Positions 20,325 through 31,465 of a DNA stretch of 64,000 nucleotides are shown here, one piece after another. The translations under genes were made by a program, and so were the position numbers. The DNA is taken from contig CBDCJO010000002.1 of assembly GCA_965217865.1 (NCBI GenBank), positions 448,001 through 512,000 on the forward strand. The letters run 5' to 3'. The notes under the pieces were generated by a model. It was given only the letters and a program-made list of their open reading frames with translations, was not told the DNA's origin and ran no database searches. Position 1 is the stretch's first letter. Each line of letters starts with the position of its first letter. The stretch comes from Candidatus Latescibacterota bacterium. Lineage in GTDB: Bacteria; Latescibacterota; UBA2968; SICM01.

Positions 20325-20852
20325 AACACCTCCAGGTTAAGCCGTAATGATTCGTCTATCTCGAAATTTTCCATCCAAATTCAACAACCACCTCTAAAAA
20401 AGCGCTTCTCCTTTTACCATTTATGTGATCCTTGAGAAAAATGTCATCCTGGGCGCGATACTGAGGGATTTCAGATCTGCAGCCGGACTTTGTGCGCGAA
20501 GGATCTCTTTACTTGTGCTGAAATTCAAGTTGGGTAAGCTTATCAAAATGATGGGCCAATGATCGTGAATCCACGTGTTGATGTCAAGGTCAAACCATTG
20601 ATCGGTGGGTTGTGTCGTAGAGGAGATTTTGATGGGATCGTAGAGATGCGAACCAGCTTCTTCGGGGGCGTGTTGTGGAGGGAAAATCGAGGTAAGGAGG
20701 GAGAGCCAGTTCTTCTTAATCAACTTCCGGAAGGTGGCTGTTTCCTGGTTGCGCCGATGTCTATTTTGAGTGGATTTTGTCCTGGAGATACTCCGCGATT
20801 CGTTCCTTCGTGACCTTGCCTTGGATACAACCCCCTACCCCCTCTTCCCCTT

Positions 20853-23335
20853 TTAGCCCCCTGCTATGATTCCCTTCCCCGCCTCCAGCTCCGACGCCTG
20901 TTTCTCACACGCCTCCGCTGCCGCATCGGCTTGAATCTGTCGGTAGCACGCACCCAGCTTCCGGAACAGAGTGGCATCCGGACTCGCCTGAATCATCTTC
21001 TCGTAGACCTCGATGGCCTTCCAGACATCCCCCTGGTGCCGTAAGACTTCGGCCAGGGAAAGCCCGGCCGCCTGGGAACCGGGGTCGAGAATGTACCCCG
21101 TCTCGAACGCGAAGGCCGCCGACTGGGTTTGTCCCTGTCCCACCAGTATTCTTCCGGCTTCGGTGAACAGTTGGGCCATATCCGATTCGGTTACCTCCCT
21201 GGTCAATCCCATATCCGTACCACAGGTCGCATCCACGATCTTTGAAAGCATTTCCTGCACCGTTTCAATAGTCCCCTCGTGAACCGACGCAAGCGCCAGA
21301 CCGAGGTTGACGTCCAGCAGATCGGGTTGCCCCTCCCGGACTTTTCTGAACGCCTTCGAGGCTTCAGTATATCTCTTTTGGGAAAGATAAAGATGTCCGA
21401 GATTTGCGTGGGCCTCGGTCCCTTCCTCCGATAGTGACGCGGCCTCGAGGTACATCGCCTCGGCCTGATCGAGAGCACCTTTTTTCTTGTAGATAAATCC
21501 CAGATTCAAAAACGCATGAGGCAAACCCCCGCTCCGGGTAGTCGCCTGTTTGAATAAGCCCTCCGCCTGATCGACTCATCGATCCGATTCAAGCGCACAT
21601 AGCATTCCCCCAGTGTCATATGCGTAACGGCGTAATGGTCGTCCAGCTTCAGCGCTTCGTGGAGAGGACTCAGGGCTTCCTCGTGTGCCCCCTTTCGCAT
21701 TTGCGAGCGGCCGATATACAGATGCGCCGTCGTCTGGATAATCAGGTTCCTATCAGCTTCGGCCGCACCCTCATCCACAATCCGCTGATACTCTCTGATC
21801 GCATCATCGAGTTCCCCCCAGACATAGTGAGTGTGGGCTTTATGGTTTCGGACGATGTAATCCTCAGGATGCGTCTCCAGCCATCGGGTCATAATCTTGA
21901 AATAGCGCGCCTGCTTGGCCTTTACCACCTCTTGAGTGGTATAACCCGTGTGGCGGACCACGATATCCGTGGCCTCCATCCGGATCCCGAGCCGTCCCAG
22001 CGAGAGGCTTACCTGTTCGTGGACCGGCATCTCGAACCGAACCCCCTGCAGATTCGGAAAAAGCCTAAGCTGCAAACAGGTCGTTGCATCAAAACCCTCA
22101 TCCTGAAGACGAAAATAGAACGCACTCCCTTTCCCCTTCTTCATCGCCCTCCGGACTTTGGTATGGTTCTCTTTTGGGAAGATATCGTCCGCATCCAGCC
22201 ACATGATCCAATCACCCGAGGCGTGCTTCAGGGATTCGTTCCGGGCTGCGGAAAAGTCCTCACACCATTCAAAATAATGAACCTTCGCCCCGTAACCGCG
22301 AGCGACCTCGACCGTCCCGTCGCTTGACCCGGTATCCACCACCACGATCTCATCCACCAGTCCCTGCACGCTTTCTAGACATTGTCCTAATCGATCTGCT
22401 TCGTCCTTGACGATCATCGTAAGTGACAATCGTTCTCCACTTCCTCGGCCATCTGACATGGCGTCTTGCTTTATTTCGCGTCCATTCAAATCCAGAGTTT
22501 TTTGCTGACCCGCATCACGGCTCCCCTGCACCCCGGCTTCCCTACAAAGTTCCAGGAGTTCCTCGCACGACGTTCTGACCCCTTCAAGATCCACCGGAAA
22601 GAAAGCCTCCCCCTCTCCATTCTTGAGAACGTGTGTAAGGTGTTCCCGTGCCTCCTCCACCCGTCCCATCTCCAGGAGGCACTCTCCCAGGTACAATCTC
22701 GCCAGGGCCGATCCGGGCGCCATATCGACCGATTCCATCAGCGGTCCCAGAGCCTGGTCGTGCCGCTTGAGGTCCATCCGAACGCGACCCAGAAACGTCA
22801 GCGCCATCCGGGCGATCGAAGGCCGTTTCTCCCTCAAGGTTTCGTCATCCGCAAGCAACTTAAATTCAAGTTCCGCAGCCTGCGTATCACCCTCCCCATA
22901 TAGGGTATGCCCCACCCTGAACCGGACATCCGCGTCCTCCGGATGGGCCGCCAGACAACGGCGCATCATGCCGAGGTACTTGCGCCGTTTCTTTGAGGTG
23001 ATGGCGTCGGTCGTATAACCTGTGTGAACCACTCGGATGTCGGTCCTCACGCAGCGGATGCCCAATCCTTCAAGGGACCCAACAACCTGTTCGTGTACCG
23101 GTCGTTCGAAACGTACGCCCGGGAGGTTCGGGAAGAGTCGTAACTGTGGATAGCGACTTCGATCGGCCCCCGTGTTCTCAAGCGAGAAATAGAACGCCTC
23201 CCCGGGGCCCCGAGCCATCGCTTTCCGAATCTTTTGGTGTTCCTCCTTCGGCAGAACATCGTCCGCATCCATCCACAGGATCCAGTCCCCAGTGGCCATC
23301 TGAAGCGAGGCGTTCCTCGCCGCTGAAAAATCGTC
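20853..23335 (-). CDS. GT2 glycosyltransferase with TPR repeats (two GT2 domains; 5'-deleted; frameshift near 21550)
   Basis: FSAARNESL..ASGDWIMWLDADD motif twice, VVDTGSSDGT, HTGY, TPR helices. Confidence 0.8.
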
Positions 23336-23992
23336 GCATTATGTCAAACGTCTCGGTGAGCCCCCGCTCAAATCCCTCATCCCCTTGCCGGATAGCGGTC
23401 ACGTCGTATCCCGATGAAGCCAGTATCTTCCGATGGCATTCCAGGATCTCCTCATCCGCATCGATCAAGAGGATCCGACCCCGGGTCGGGGTTTGGGATG
23501 GAGGGGTGTAGGTGGATTTGGTCGGCAGGACGGATGCAACCTGAGCCTTCAGGGCGTGCTTACGCTTCTCAGGTTCTGTGAACCGGGAATGATGGTCTGG
23601 GTGGGGGGGTCGGTGCAAGCGGCCTCCTGGACTCGATCCCGATCTCCGGCAAGGGCGGCTTCAGCAACAGCGAGTAACGCCTCATCTTCAAACGGAACAG
23701 AGAGGGTTCCAAAGATCCCCGGTACGGAAGGCTCCCACGTCCTGTCTCCGCAGGTTCCGATCATCGGCGTAGCGCACCCCTTCTCGTGAAGCATCGCCAT
23801 GACCTGTTCCCCGTCCAGTCCGGGAAGATCCCGATCGATCAACAACAGGTCATAGCCGTCGCTCAGAGCACGACCCAGGGCGCTGTGACCATCAGAAGCG
23901 GATGTCACCTTGTAGCCCTCCCGCTCCAGCACCTCCCGCAACACGTCTGCCATCAGCATGTTTCCGTGTGCTACCAGGATTTTAGCATTCAT
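23336..23992 (-). pseudogene. Tandem receiver-domain protein, frameshifted and truncated
   Basis: KILVAHGN..YDLLLIDRDLPGLDG and RILLIDADEE..ETFDI; the second REC domain abuts the GT2 sequence. Confidence 0.6.
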
Positions 23993-23995
23993 AGG

Positions 23996-24439
23996 TTAAA
24001 CGTCCTCTTTAAAGCTATTCAGTATCATGCCGATCCTGCGCTGTTCGGGCTCGATATCGTTTGACTGGATGCCCTTCGATCCGGATCGGTTGGTAAACCG
24101 GTCCTTTAACCCTTTAAGGCCCAGCCAACCACGACCCGAAGAGGAGACGATTGGAGATGGAAAACTTGAAACATAAGAGAAATCGGTGGGAAACGCGGTG
24201 TAGCCAGATGGGCCTGAAGGGCACGGGGCCACGCCGGGGGGAGCAACGGACCCTCCGCCTGGGTTTTTCTTGGCACGGACGATTCCGGAGATGATGAAGT
24301 AGATGATCACACCCAGAAGGTCCAGAAGGATCACGACTTCCAGTGCAGTGGTCAGGAAGGTATTGAACACGGCGAGAACTCCTGTGGTCGATTGGTCTGA
24401 GTGGCCGGTTAAGGCCCAGGCAGCCAGGTTCCGAGTCAA
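23996..24439 (-). CDS. Hypothetical membrane protein
   Basis: One long hydrophobic segment; co-oriented in the operon. Confidence 0.55.
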   Translation of the reverse strand: MTRNLAAWALTGHSDQSTTGVLAVFNTFLTTALEVVILLDLLGVIIYFIISGIVRAKKNPGGGSVAPPGVAPCPSGPSGYTAFPTDFSYVSSFPSPIVSSSGRGWLGLKGLKDRFTNRSGSKGIQSNDIEPEQRRIGMILNSFKEDV

Positions 24440-24456
24440 ATTCCTTTCGAGACTCT

Positions 24457-25083
24457 TTAAACTTTTTGTCTCGCCCGTCGGAGGACCATCTTAACACGGG
24501 CTTCGATCTCTTCAAGGTCGAACGGCTTGGTGATGTAATCATCAGCCCCATACTCGAGACCCCTTACTTTCTGGGGGGTTTCGACAAGGGCTGTCACCAT
24601 AATGACCGGTATCTGAGCGGTTATTGGATCGCTTTTCAACCTTTGGCAGACCTGGTAACCGTCCATTCGGGGTAGGCGGAGATCCAACAGGATCAGGTCG
24701 GGTCGGAAGGCCCGGGCTTTTTCGATTGCCTCTATGCCATCCACGGCTTCTTCGATCTCGTAGTCCGGAGTGAACAGTTCCCGCAGGCTTTTACGAATCT
24801 CCTCCTCATCCTCAACGATCAGAAGCCGGTAGGGACCCTGTACATCCGATGTTACCTGAGATTCGAGCTGGTCGGCGATCTGAGCCAACGAAAGCCCCCT
24901 GATCTGAAGGTCTTTGACGGTTTGCTTCTTTGATTCGACATCATCCTTGCTGAACAGATCCTTGTTGCCAATCCGATCAGCCACCTTCAGAATGCCGTAA
25001 TTCTTATACTTTCTGATCGACTCAATGGACTTCCCGAACAGCCGGGCAACTTCGTCGATCCCGATCAACTGACGATCGTCCAT
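24457..25083 (-). CDS. MerR-type HTH plus receiver-domain response regulator
   Basis: IGIDEVARLFGKSIESIRKY; LIVEDE, LLDLRLPRMDG, DDYITKPF; RBS AAGGAGG. Confidence 0.85.
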   Translation of the reverse strand: MDDRQLIGIDEVARLFGKSIESIRKYKNYGILKVADRIGNKDLFSKDDVESKKQTVKDLQIRGLSLAQIADQLESQVTSDVQGPYRLLIVEDEEEIRKSLRELFTPDYEIEEAVDGIEAIEKARAFRPDLILLDLRLPRMDGYQVCQRLKSDPITAQIPVIMVTALVETPQKVRGLEYGADDYITKPFDLEEIEARVKMVLRRARQKV

Positions 25084-25132
25084 GCCGGGCCCTCCTTAGC
25101 TCTGGCGATAAAACACAAACCGGTTTTGTGTG

Positions 25133-25167
25133 TATGCAATATACAAAAATATATTACATAATGTCAA
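25133..25167 (-). promoter_or_regulatory. Sigma70-type promoter with overlapping inverted repeat (probable autoregulatory operator)
   Basis: TTGACA-18 bp-TATATT; IR TATGCAATATA-N6-TATATTACATA. Confidence 0.6.
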
Positions 25168-25509
25168 GTAGTTTTTTTCATACTTATTCCGGTCTTTATA
25201 ATATTATATCGGAAAAACACTAGGTTAACTCAAGGAAATTTTTTTCCACTGACCGGAATTTTATACCGGGTGATGTGATTTGGGTCACATAACCCACTAA
25301 ATAGGGGGTTTTTAAGGAAAATTAAGTCATATCTGAAACCCACCGAGGATTCTTCACCAAGAAACATCTATGTATGATAATGGAAAATCTTATGGTCGTT
25401 TGTAAGATGGATCACAAATATGAAAAAAGAAAGCCGGGTGTCAGGGATCAGAGCTCATCCCATGACCTCTGGTTTCCGCCCCCCCGAACTTCATGAAAGT
25501 ATTTGAACT

Positions 25510-26098
25510 TGGATACCCCTTCCTTTGGAAGGGGAGGAAAGTTTAGCTTGCCGAAGGCAAGCTAAAAGGCTGTCTTATCGTGTGCAGACCACTGAGACAC
25601 AAATCGACTCAGGAGGCATACGATGGGACTCCGACGGACCAGTCACGCAGTCTATGATAGCCAGTATCATCTGGTATGGGCACCGAAGTATCGGAAATGG
25701 ATTTTGCGAGGTGACCTTCGAGAGTATGTGGGCAAGCTGTTTCATCGGATAGCAGAGGATTTTGGTTTTGACATCCAAGAGATGGAAGTGGCCGAAGATC
25801 ATGTGCATATTTTCTTGTCGTTTCCTCCCCGGTATTCGATTTCTAAGGTAGTGGGCATTTTGAAGAGTATTTCGGGCAGCGGGGTCTTCCGAGAACATCC
25901 AGAGGTGAAACGGGAGTTATGGGGTGGAGAATTCTGGGAAGATGGTTATTTTGCCCGCACCGTAGGCGACAAGGTGACTTCTGAAGTGATTGAGCAATAT
26001 ATTCGGTATCATCGTCAAGAGCAGAAAGGGCCCCTACAGTTGGATCTGTTTGGGGATGGGAGTGGTTAATGCCCCGCCCTTTGGGCGGGGTGGTTTAC
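25510..26098 (+). mobile_element. IS200-type element with subterminal hairpins
   Basis: Hairpins CCCCTTCCTTTGGAAGGGG and GCCCCGCCCTTTGGGCGGGG flank tnpA; no tnpB. Confidence 0.85.
25623..26069 (+). CDS. tnpA: IS200/IS605 Y1 transposase
   Basis: YHLVWAPKYR, DHVH, FWEDGYF, YIRYH. Confidence 0.95.
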   Translation: MGLRRTSHAVYDSQYHLVWAPKYRKWILRGDLREYVGKLFHRIAEDFGFDIQEMEVAEDHVHIFLSFPPRYSISKVVGILKSISGSGVFREHPEVKRELWGGEFWEDGYFARTVGDKVTSEVIEQYIRYHRQEQKGPLQLDLFGDGSG

Positions 26099-26103
26099 TG
26101 AAC

Positions 26104-26191
26104 ATTGAATATCGGGAGAATTGAATATTTGAAAACCTCCGGACTTTCTTATGGCTATATGGATCTCTTCGATATTAAAACTTCAATTCCC
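26104..26191. repeat. About 90-bp dispersed repeat, copy A
   Basis: ATTGAATAT..AATTGAATATTTGAAAACCT..TGGCTATATGG..TCTCTTCGA, also at about 36092 and 47604. Confidence 0.85.
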
Positions 26192-26314
26192 ACGCCCCTG
26201 TCTTTGCTCTTCCTGCCACTGCCACCTGCCACTGCCTTTTGCCGTTTCACGTCTCACCTCGCACGGTTTTTCTTTTCCCCTGGCCTCAGACCACTGACCT
26301 CTGACCCCGCTTTT

Positions 26315-27907
26315 TCATTCCACCACATTTCCATACGACATATCTTCATCATAGGAGAGGCGGATTTCCAGTTTGTAGAGCTCGCAAGGCACCTTCAGGA
26401 GGGGATACTTTGCCAGGGTCTCCACGCGGATATGATTCTTGCCTTTCCGTATCAACCCCACATCAGGATACGCTTCCAGATGCCAGCGAGGATTATCCTT
26501 CGGATGTGTCAAAAAGGAGCGGAACGGCAGCTTCATCCCTCCCTCTCTTCTAACCGACAGTTCCTGCCCGTTCAGGAAACACCGCACGTCCTCCGGGATA
26601 TTGACGTTCGTGATGTTCAGTCTGAGTCGAGCTGAGACCCGATGCCCCTCCTCCTGTGCCCTTGGGATGTCATCCGGCACGTCTATTTCAAGTTCGGTGG
26701 ATCCACCCGTGCTCATGTTCCCCAGGTCCTGCGGAAGATCCAGCTGATAATAATGAGACTTCGTCTTAACTCGGATCTCCTCGGGGTCACTCAACTCTCG
26801 GAAGGGTGTCAGATCGAACGGACCGTGGTGCATGTAGTCGTAGAAGGCGATCCCGTCTGCCCCCTGCTCATAGAGCCGATGCGCGATCGCCCGGTGTTCC
26901 TCAGCGGATGTCCAGTCCTGCCCCGGCCCGCTGAACGTCCTGCGTGACGGCTTACCGGGGCCCACGAAAAGCATACAGTCCGTTCCCGCAACGGCCTTTT
27001 CCCATCCCGATGCATCGAGCTCATAGAGGTTGGTACTGCGACACTGCCCCACCAGGATATCGATCATACCTTCCTCTGCCCAGGACCTGATATCCGCACC
27101 CCGCTCGTAGTAGCTCTGGATGTCCCCTGCCCACGAGGTCCGATCGTGCGTTACTGGGTTCATCGGGTCGTGGATATAGAACTGGGCTGAGAGTCCCAGA
27201 TACCTCCCCTTTTTCTTCCCCACCCGGTCGAGCATCTCCCGGATCTTACGCACATGTCCTCCGGTAACCTCCTGCCTGTACTGGGTGTCTCCGGATGAGA
27301 AGTCCATCCCGCCCCTGCTGAAATCCAGGTCCAGACCATCCAGATCGTTCCGCTCAGCCGCATCCGTGAGGAAGTCAAGATTTTGGTCCAGCACCGCGGG
27401 TTTGCACCAGTCGTAGACCGCGGAGACCTGATGTTTCCCGAACGTGGGGAGGCGAAGTTCCGGATGGTCGATATAAAATTGACTCCTCAGTTCTTCCAAC
27501 CCGGGGTAGGTGTGATGGCCGTCGTTCATCCTGCGCGATCCCCATACCTGCAGACCTCTTTCGTGACCCCGTTCTACGACAATCCTTAAGGGGTCATTCC
27601 CGGTCCGGATCAGTTCCTGAAAGTTGACCGCCGTCAGCCAGAAGTAGAAACCGTGGTTCGGATCCTCATAATCCACATCCTTGGCCCCCCTGCTCTCTAT
27701 GACTTTCGAATCGAATTTCGCGACGATTGTACCCAAATTCCACTGCAAAATCCCAACCTGCGTTCCGGATAGATAGTCGATCTTGGACACATACTCCTCA
27801 GGGGTGATCGGATAATTGGAGAGCGGGTCGTTTCCCTGGAAGGTGGTGATGATGTGTCGATTTCGAGCCAGCCCGATGCGGGGATTGTCTTTCATAAGAT
27901 CCTCCAT
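26315..27907 (-). CDS. Glycoside-hydrolase-like TIM-barrel protein (GHL10-like)
   Basis: DPLRIVVERGHERG, RMNDGHH, DGLDLDFSR, GADGIAFY. Confidence 0.65.
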   Translation of the reverse strand: MEDLMKDNPRIGLARNRHIITTFQGNDPLSNYPITPEEYVSKIDYLSGTQVGILQWNLGTIVAKFDSKVIESRGAKDVDYEDPNHGFYFWLTAVNFQELIRTGNDPLRIVVERGHERGLQVWGSRRMNDGHHTYPGLEELRSQFYIDHPELRLPTFGKHQVSAVYDWCKPAVLDQNLDFLTDAAERNDLDGLDLDFSRGGMDFSSGDTQYRQEVTGGHVRKIREMLDRVGKKKGRYLGLSAQFYIHDPMNPVTHDRTSWAGDIQSYYERGADIRSWAEEGMIDILVGQCRSTNLYELDASGWEKAVAGTDCMLFVGPGKPSRRTFSGPGQDWTSAEEHRAIAHRLYEQGADGIAFYDYMHHGPFDLTPFRELSDPEEIRVKTKSHYYQLDLPQDLGNMSTGGSTELEIDVPDDIPRAQEEGHRVSARLRLNITNVNIPEDVRCFLNGQELSVRREGGMKLPFRSFLTHPKDNPRWHLEAYPDVGLIRKGKNHIRVETLAKYPLLKVPCELYKLEIRLSYDEDMSYGNVVE

Positions 27908-28375
27908 GTGAAAAATTCAGTTGCCTGAATCAGGATTCAGATCGAAAGTCGGGGTTTGGAGTCAAGGACCGATCCGCTTCGACTTTCCTAGTTAAATCAT
28001 CAATCCCCCGATCCCTTCAATTTCCCCTGACCCCTGCCTTTACTCTTTCTGCTACTGCCACTGCTACTGTATTCCCTGACCTCTGACTTCCGACCCCTGG
28101 CCTCTCCCTTTGCTTTTTTCTGCTACTTCCATCTGCTCCCTGCCTTTTCCCGTCTCACGTTTGACGTTCGAAGAATGGAATTTAGGTTTTCTTCTGACTT
28201 CTGTATTCTGTATCCTATGGGCGGAAGGGGCTTCCCCGGTTTTTTCTTGACGATTTTCCGAATGAGTTTAATATGTTTATCCATACAGGACGAACCCACG
28301 AATCCTGCTATTGATATTTCGATGGCGCCCACTGCAATGATCTCGGGACAGCGAAGCGATGAAAGCGAGGATAAA

Positions 28376-29014
28376 TTGACTGCGCAAAAGTTTTCGAAAG
28401 GCGAAGCCGTCCGGTTTGGCTGGGATACTACAAAGAGGTACATCGGATTTTTTATAGGGCTTGTGATTGTGTATGCGGCGTTGATATATGTCCCCCCCAT
28501 CTTCATCGCCGAAGCGATTTGGGATCACGTCCCGGTCCTGTCGATTACCGTTCGAGTCGCCTACCTGGTGTTATCGGCGATCATCGGGTTGGGATTCATC
28601 CGAATTACCCTTAGATTGTACGACCACGAGAAAACCGGCTTATCCGACCTCTTCTCCTGCTATCCGTTGTTTTTAAGTTATCTGCTCAGTTCCTTTCTTT
28701 ACGGACTGATTGTCCTTGGCGGTACGATCCTTTTTATTATTCCCGGCGTGATCTGGTCGATAAAATTCTATTTTTACCCCTATTTCATCATTGACCAGGG
28801 CTGCGGGCCCTTGGAGGCCTTGAAAAAAAGTGCAGCCATCACCAGGGATTCCATGTGGGACCTGTTCCTTTTCGGTTTGATGCTCGCAGGGATAACCTTG
28901 CTTGGCCTCCTTGCGGTGTTCATCGGTCTTATCGCTGCTTACCCGACAGTCATGCTTGCAACCGCATATGTATACCGCAGGTTGAATATTCAGTCGGATT
29001 ATTCAACAGACTGA
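28376..29014 (+). CDS. Integral membrane protein (DUF975-like)
   Basis: GTILFIIPGVIW, EALKKSAAITR; TTG start with GAGGA RBS. Confidence 0.7.
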   Translation: MTAQKFSKGEAVRFGWDTTKRYIGFFIGLVIVYAALIYVPPIFIAEAIWDHVPVLSITVRVAYLVLSAIIGLGFIRITLRLYDHEKTGLSDLFSCYPLFLSYLLSSFLYGLIVLGGTILFIIPGVIWSIKFYFYPYFIIDQGCGPLEALKKSAAITRDSMWDLFLFGLMLAGITLLGLLAVFIGLIAAYPTVMLATAYVYRRLNIQSDYSTD

Positions 29015-29050
29015 AATATTTTCACCTATACCTATCCCTGATTCCTTGGA

Positions 29051-30223
29051 ATGGCCCCATCACGAAAGATAATCCATCTCGATCTGGACGCCTTTTTCTG
29101 TTCCGTGGAGGAACAACGAGATCCGGATCTGAAAACAAAACCCTTCGCAGTGGGCGGCACCCCCGAAGGCCGGGGCGTCGTGACATCCTGCTCCTATGCC
29201 GCCCGAAAGTTCGGTCTGCATTCGGCCATGCCGATGGCCAGGGCTGTCAGGAAGTGTCCCCACCTGACCATCGTTCCCGGCCGGCACAGGGCTTATCGAG
29301 AGGCCTCCGAGAAGGTGATGGAACGACTCTATTCCCTTACCCCGTTCGTGGAGCAGGTCTCTATCGACGAGGCCTTTCTGGACGTCACGGACCATCCGGA
29401 TCCGGCCGAACAGTTGGCTGTTTACCTCCAAACCACGATCCGGGATGAACTCGGGTTACCCTGTTCCCTCGGAGTTGGGTCCAATAAAATGGTCGCAAAG
29501 ATCGCCACCGATGCGGGAAAGTCGGCCGTCCAGTCCGATGGCCCCCCTTACGCTATCAAAGTGGTTCCACCCGGCCACGAGATCTCCTTTTTGGAGCCAT
29601 TGCCCGTCAAGGCAATCTGGGGGGTGGGTCGGAAGATGGAAGCCTCCCTCAAAAAACTCGGGATCCAAACCATCGGGGACCTTGCAAACTGGCCGGAGAA
29701 GGACCTTGCCCAAAGGTTCGGCTTGAACGGAAGCAGGTTGGCCCGGTATGCCCGGGGGATCGACGACAGTCCGATCGAGACGGTCAGGGAAGCAAAGTCG
29801 ATCAGCAAAGAGACGACCTTCGCCCAGGACATCCGAGATGGGGATTCCCTGCAGGGAGTTCTCCTGTCCCTGGCCGAAGGGGTCGGACACAGGCTACGAC
29901 GGGTTGAATTGTCCTGCTCAACGATCAATTTGAAGCTCCGCCGCCCGGATTTCACGACCCTCTCCAGACAGGTGACCCTCAAAGAGGCCACAGATCTCGA
30001 TCAGAAGATCTATTCAGAGGCAAAAAATCTCCTTGAAAGCGTATGGACTCCGGGACAACCGGTGCGACTTCTGGGGGTGGGTGTGAGCAGATTCAGCTCG
30101 GCAGGACAACAGCTCAATCTGTGGGACGAAAAAGGGAGTCGGATGCAGGAGGCGATCGATTCAGTTCGAAAAAAGTTCGGACATCACGCCGTAAGATGGG
30201 GGACACGTGAGGATCCAGGTTAG
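29051..30223 (+). CDS. dinB: DNA polymerase IV
   Basis: IIHLDLDAFFCSVE, SYAARKFG, SIDEAFLD. Confidence 0.95.
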   Translation: MAPSRKIIHLDLDAFFCSVEEQRDPDLKTKPFAVGGTPEGRGVVTSCSYAARKFGLHSAMPMARAVRKCPHLTIVPGRHRAYREASEKVMERLYSLTPFVEQVSIDEAFLDVTDHPDPAEQLAVYLQTTIRDELGLPCSLGVGSNKMVAKIATDAGKSAVQSDGPPYAIKVVPPGHEISFLEPLPVKAIWGVGRKMEASLKKLGIQTIGDLANWPEKDLAQRFGLNGSRLARYARGIDDSPIETVREAKSISKETTFAQDIRDGDSLQGVLLSLAEGVGHRLRRVELSCSTINLKLRRPDFTTLSRQVTLKEATDLDQKIYSEAKNLLESVWTPGQPVRLLGVGVSRFSSAGQQLNLWDEKGSRMQEAIDSVRKKFGHHAVRWGTREDPG

Positions 30224-30247
30224 ACTCTGATTTCCGCAGATCAAGCT

Positions 30248-31285
30248 TTAAATTCCCGTCGTTGGATTCAATTGCAGGGTGCAGACACACTTGCGGCAGA
30301 TGGGATCCCGTTTTGTATCCAGATTTCGACGAAATGCTACGGCATCCGACGAATTGAGTATTTCATCCAGGGCTTGATCGTGCACGTTACCCAGGGGACG
30401 GTGAAAAAAACAGGGGCGTACCGTCCCATTGGCTTCGATGACGGTGGAAACCCACGGCGCATTGCAGGTATTTTCGGGAAAGTCCCCAACGCCATTCAGG
30501 GCAGCGTAATAATCCGGCAGACGGCGAATTTTTTCCGGACTTTCAGCGATGAACCCCGATGCGAAGTCATCGCTATAGCGGTCGAAGGTTTCTTCGATAA
30601 TTTGTTTGAACTCGGCCACATCGTTTGGGGTGAGAGTGACCTCGCTGACACGCTCATCATTCCAGGGTTCGGGACGATTGAATGCCGTTGAGAACGTGTC
30701 CGAAGCAAGAAACGAAATTTGATCCAACTCAAGATCGTGAGATGCTGCGATGATATTGGGGAGGTCCCGGTAGTTGCACCGTTGAACCACACATCTGGCC
30801 GTAACCCGAAAATGAGGATCGATGGTCCGGAGAGCGGTTACGCCTTCGGCCAGGCGATCATAAGCCCGGGACAGGTTTCGGACAGCGTCGTGAACCTCGC
30901 GACTACCGTCCAGAGATATGATGACATCGTCACACCAACGCACGATATTGGCAGCGTGGGATTTCAACAGCAAGCCGGTCGAGAGCAAAGTGATTTTTAA
31001 TCCGAGTTCCTTTAACAACTCGCATAAAGTCCACAGATTTGAATGCATCAGTGCTTCCCCGCCCGAAAGCACCGCCCACCGCACATTGAATTTTCTGAAA
31101 AAGGCCATATGTTTCGCCAGATCATCTCGTGAGAGTTCCTGTTTTTCCTGATTCGCCTTCCAGATATCGCACATGATACAGCGGCAGTTACACCGGCTGT
31201 GAGGCATCAAAACGACGACCGGAAGAGTGAGAATACGATGCATCCTCAGCGTCAACCAGCGTTTTAGAATTTCAATCGGTGCCAT
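30248..31285 (-). CDS. Radical SAM / SPASM-domain protein
   Basis: CNCRCIMC, SGGEAL, CNAPW..GTVRPC..CRKC. Confidence 0.9.
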   Translation of the reverse strand: MAPIEILKRWLTLRMHRILTLPVVVLMPHSRCNCRCIMCDIWKANQEKQELSRDDLAKHMAFFRKFNVRWAVLSGGEALMHSNLWTLCELLKELGLKITLLSTGLLLKSHAANIVRWCDDVIISLDGSREVHDAVRNLSRAYDRLAEGVTALRTIDPHFRVTARCVVQRCNYRDLPNIIAASHDLELDQISFLASDTFSTAFNRPEPWNDERVSEVTLTPNDVAEFKQIIEETFDRYSDDFASGFIAESPEKIRRLPDYYAALNGVGDFPENTCNAPWVSTVIEANGTVRPCFFHRPLGNVHDQALDEILNSSDAVAFRRNLDTKRDPICRKCVCTLQLNPTTGI

Positions 31286-31465
31286 TTGGGAACCCTGGGG
31301 ATTGTTACGGAAGTTAAGCTATATTCTCATTATCTGAATCATTGCCTTTGGGAGACGCTCACGTTTCACGGTTTTTCTTTTCCCTGACCTCTGACTTCCG
31401 ACCTCCGACACCTGACTTTGCCTTTCCTGCTACTGCCACCTGCCACTGCTACTGCTTATCCCGTC

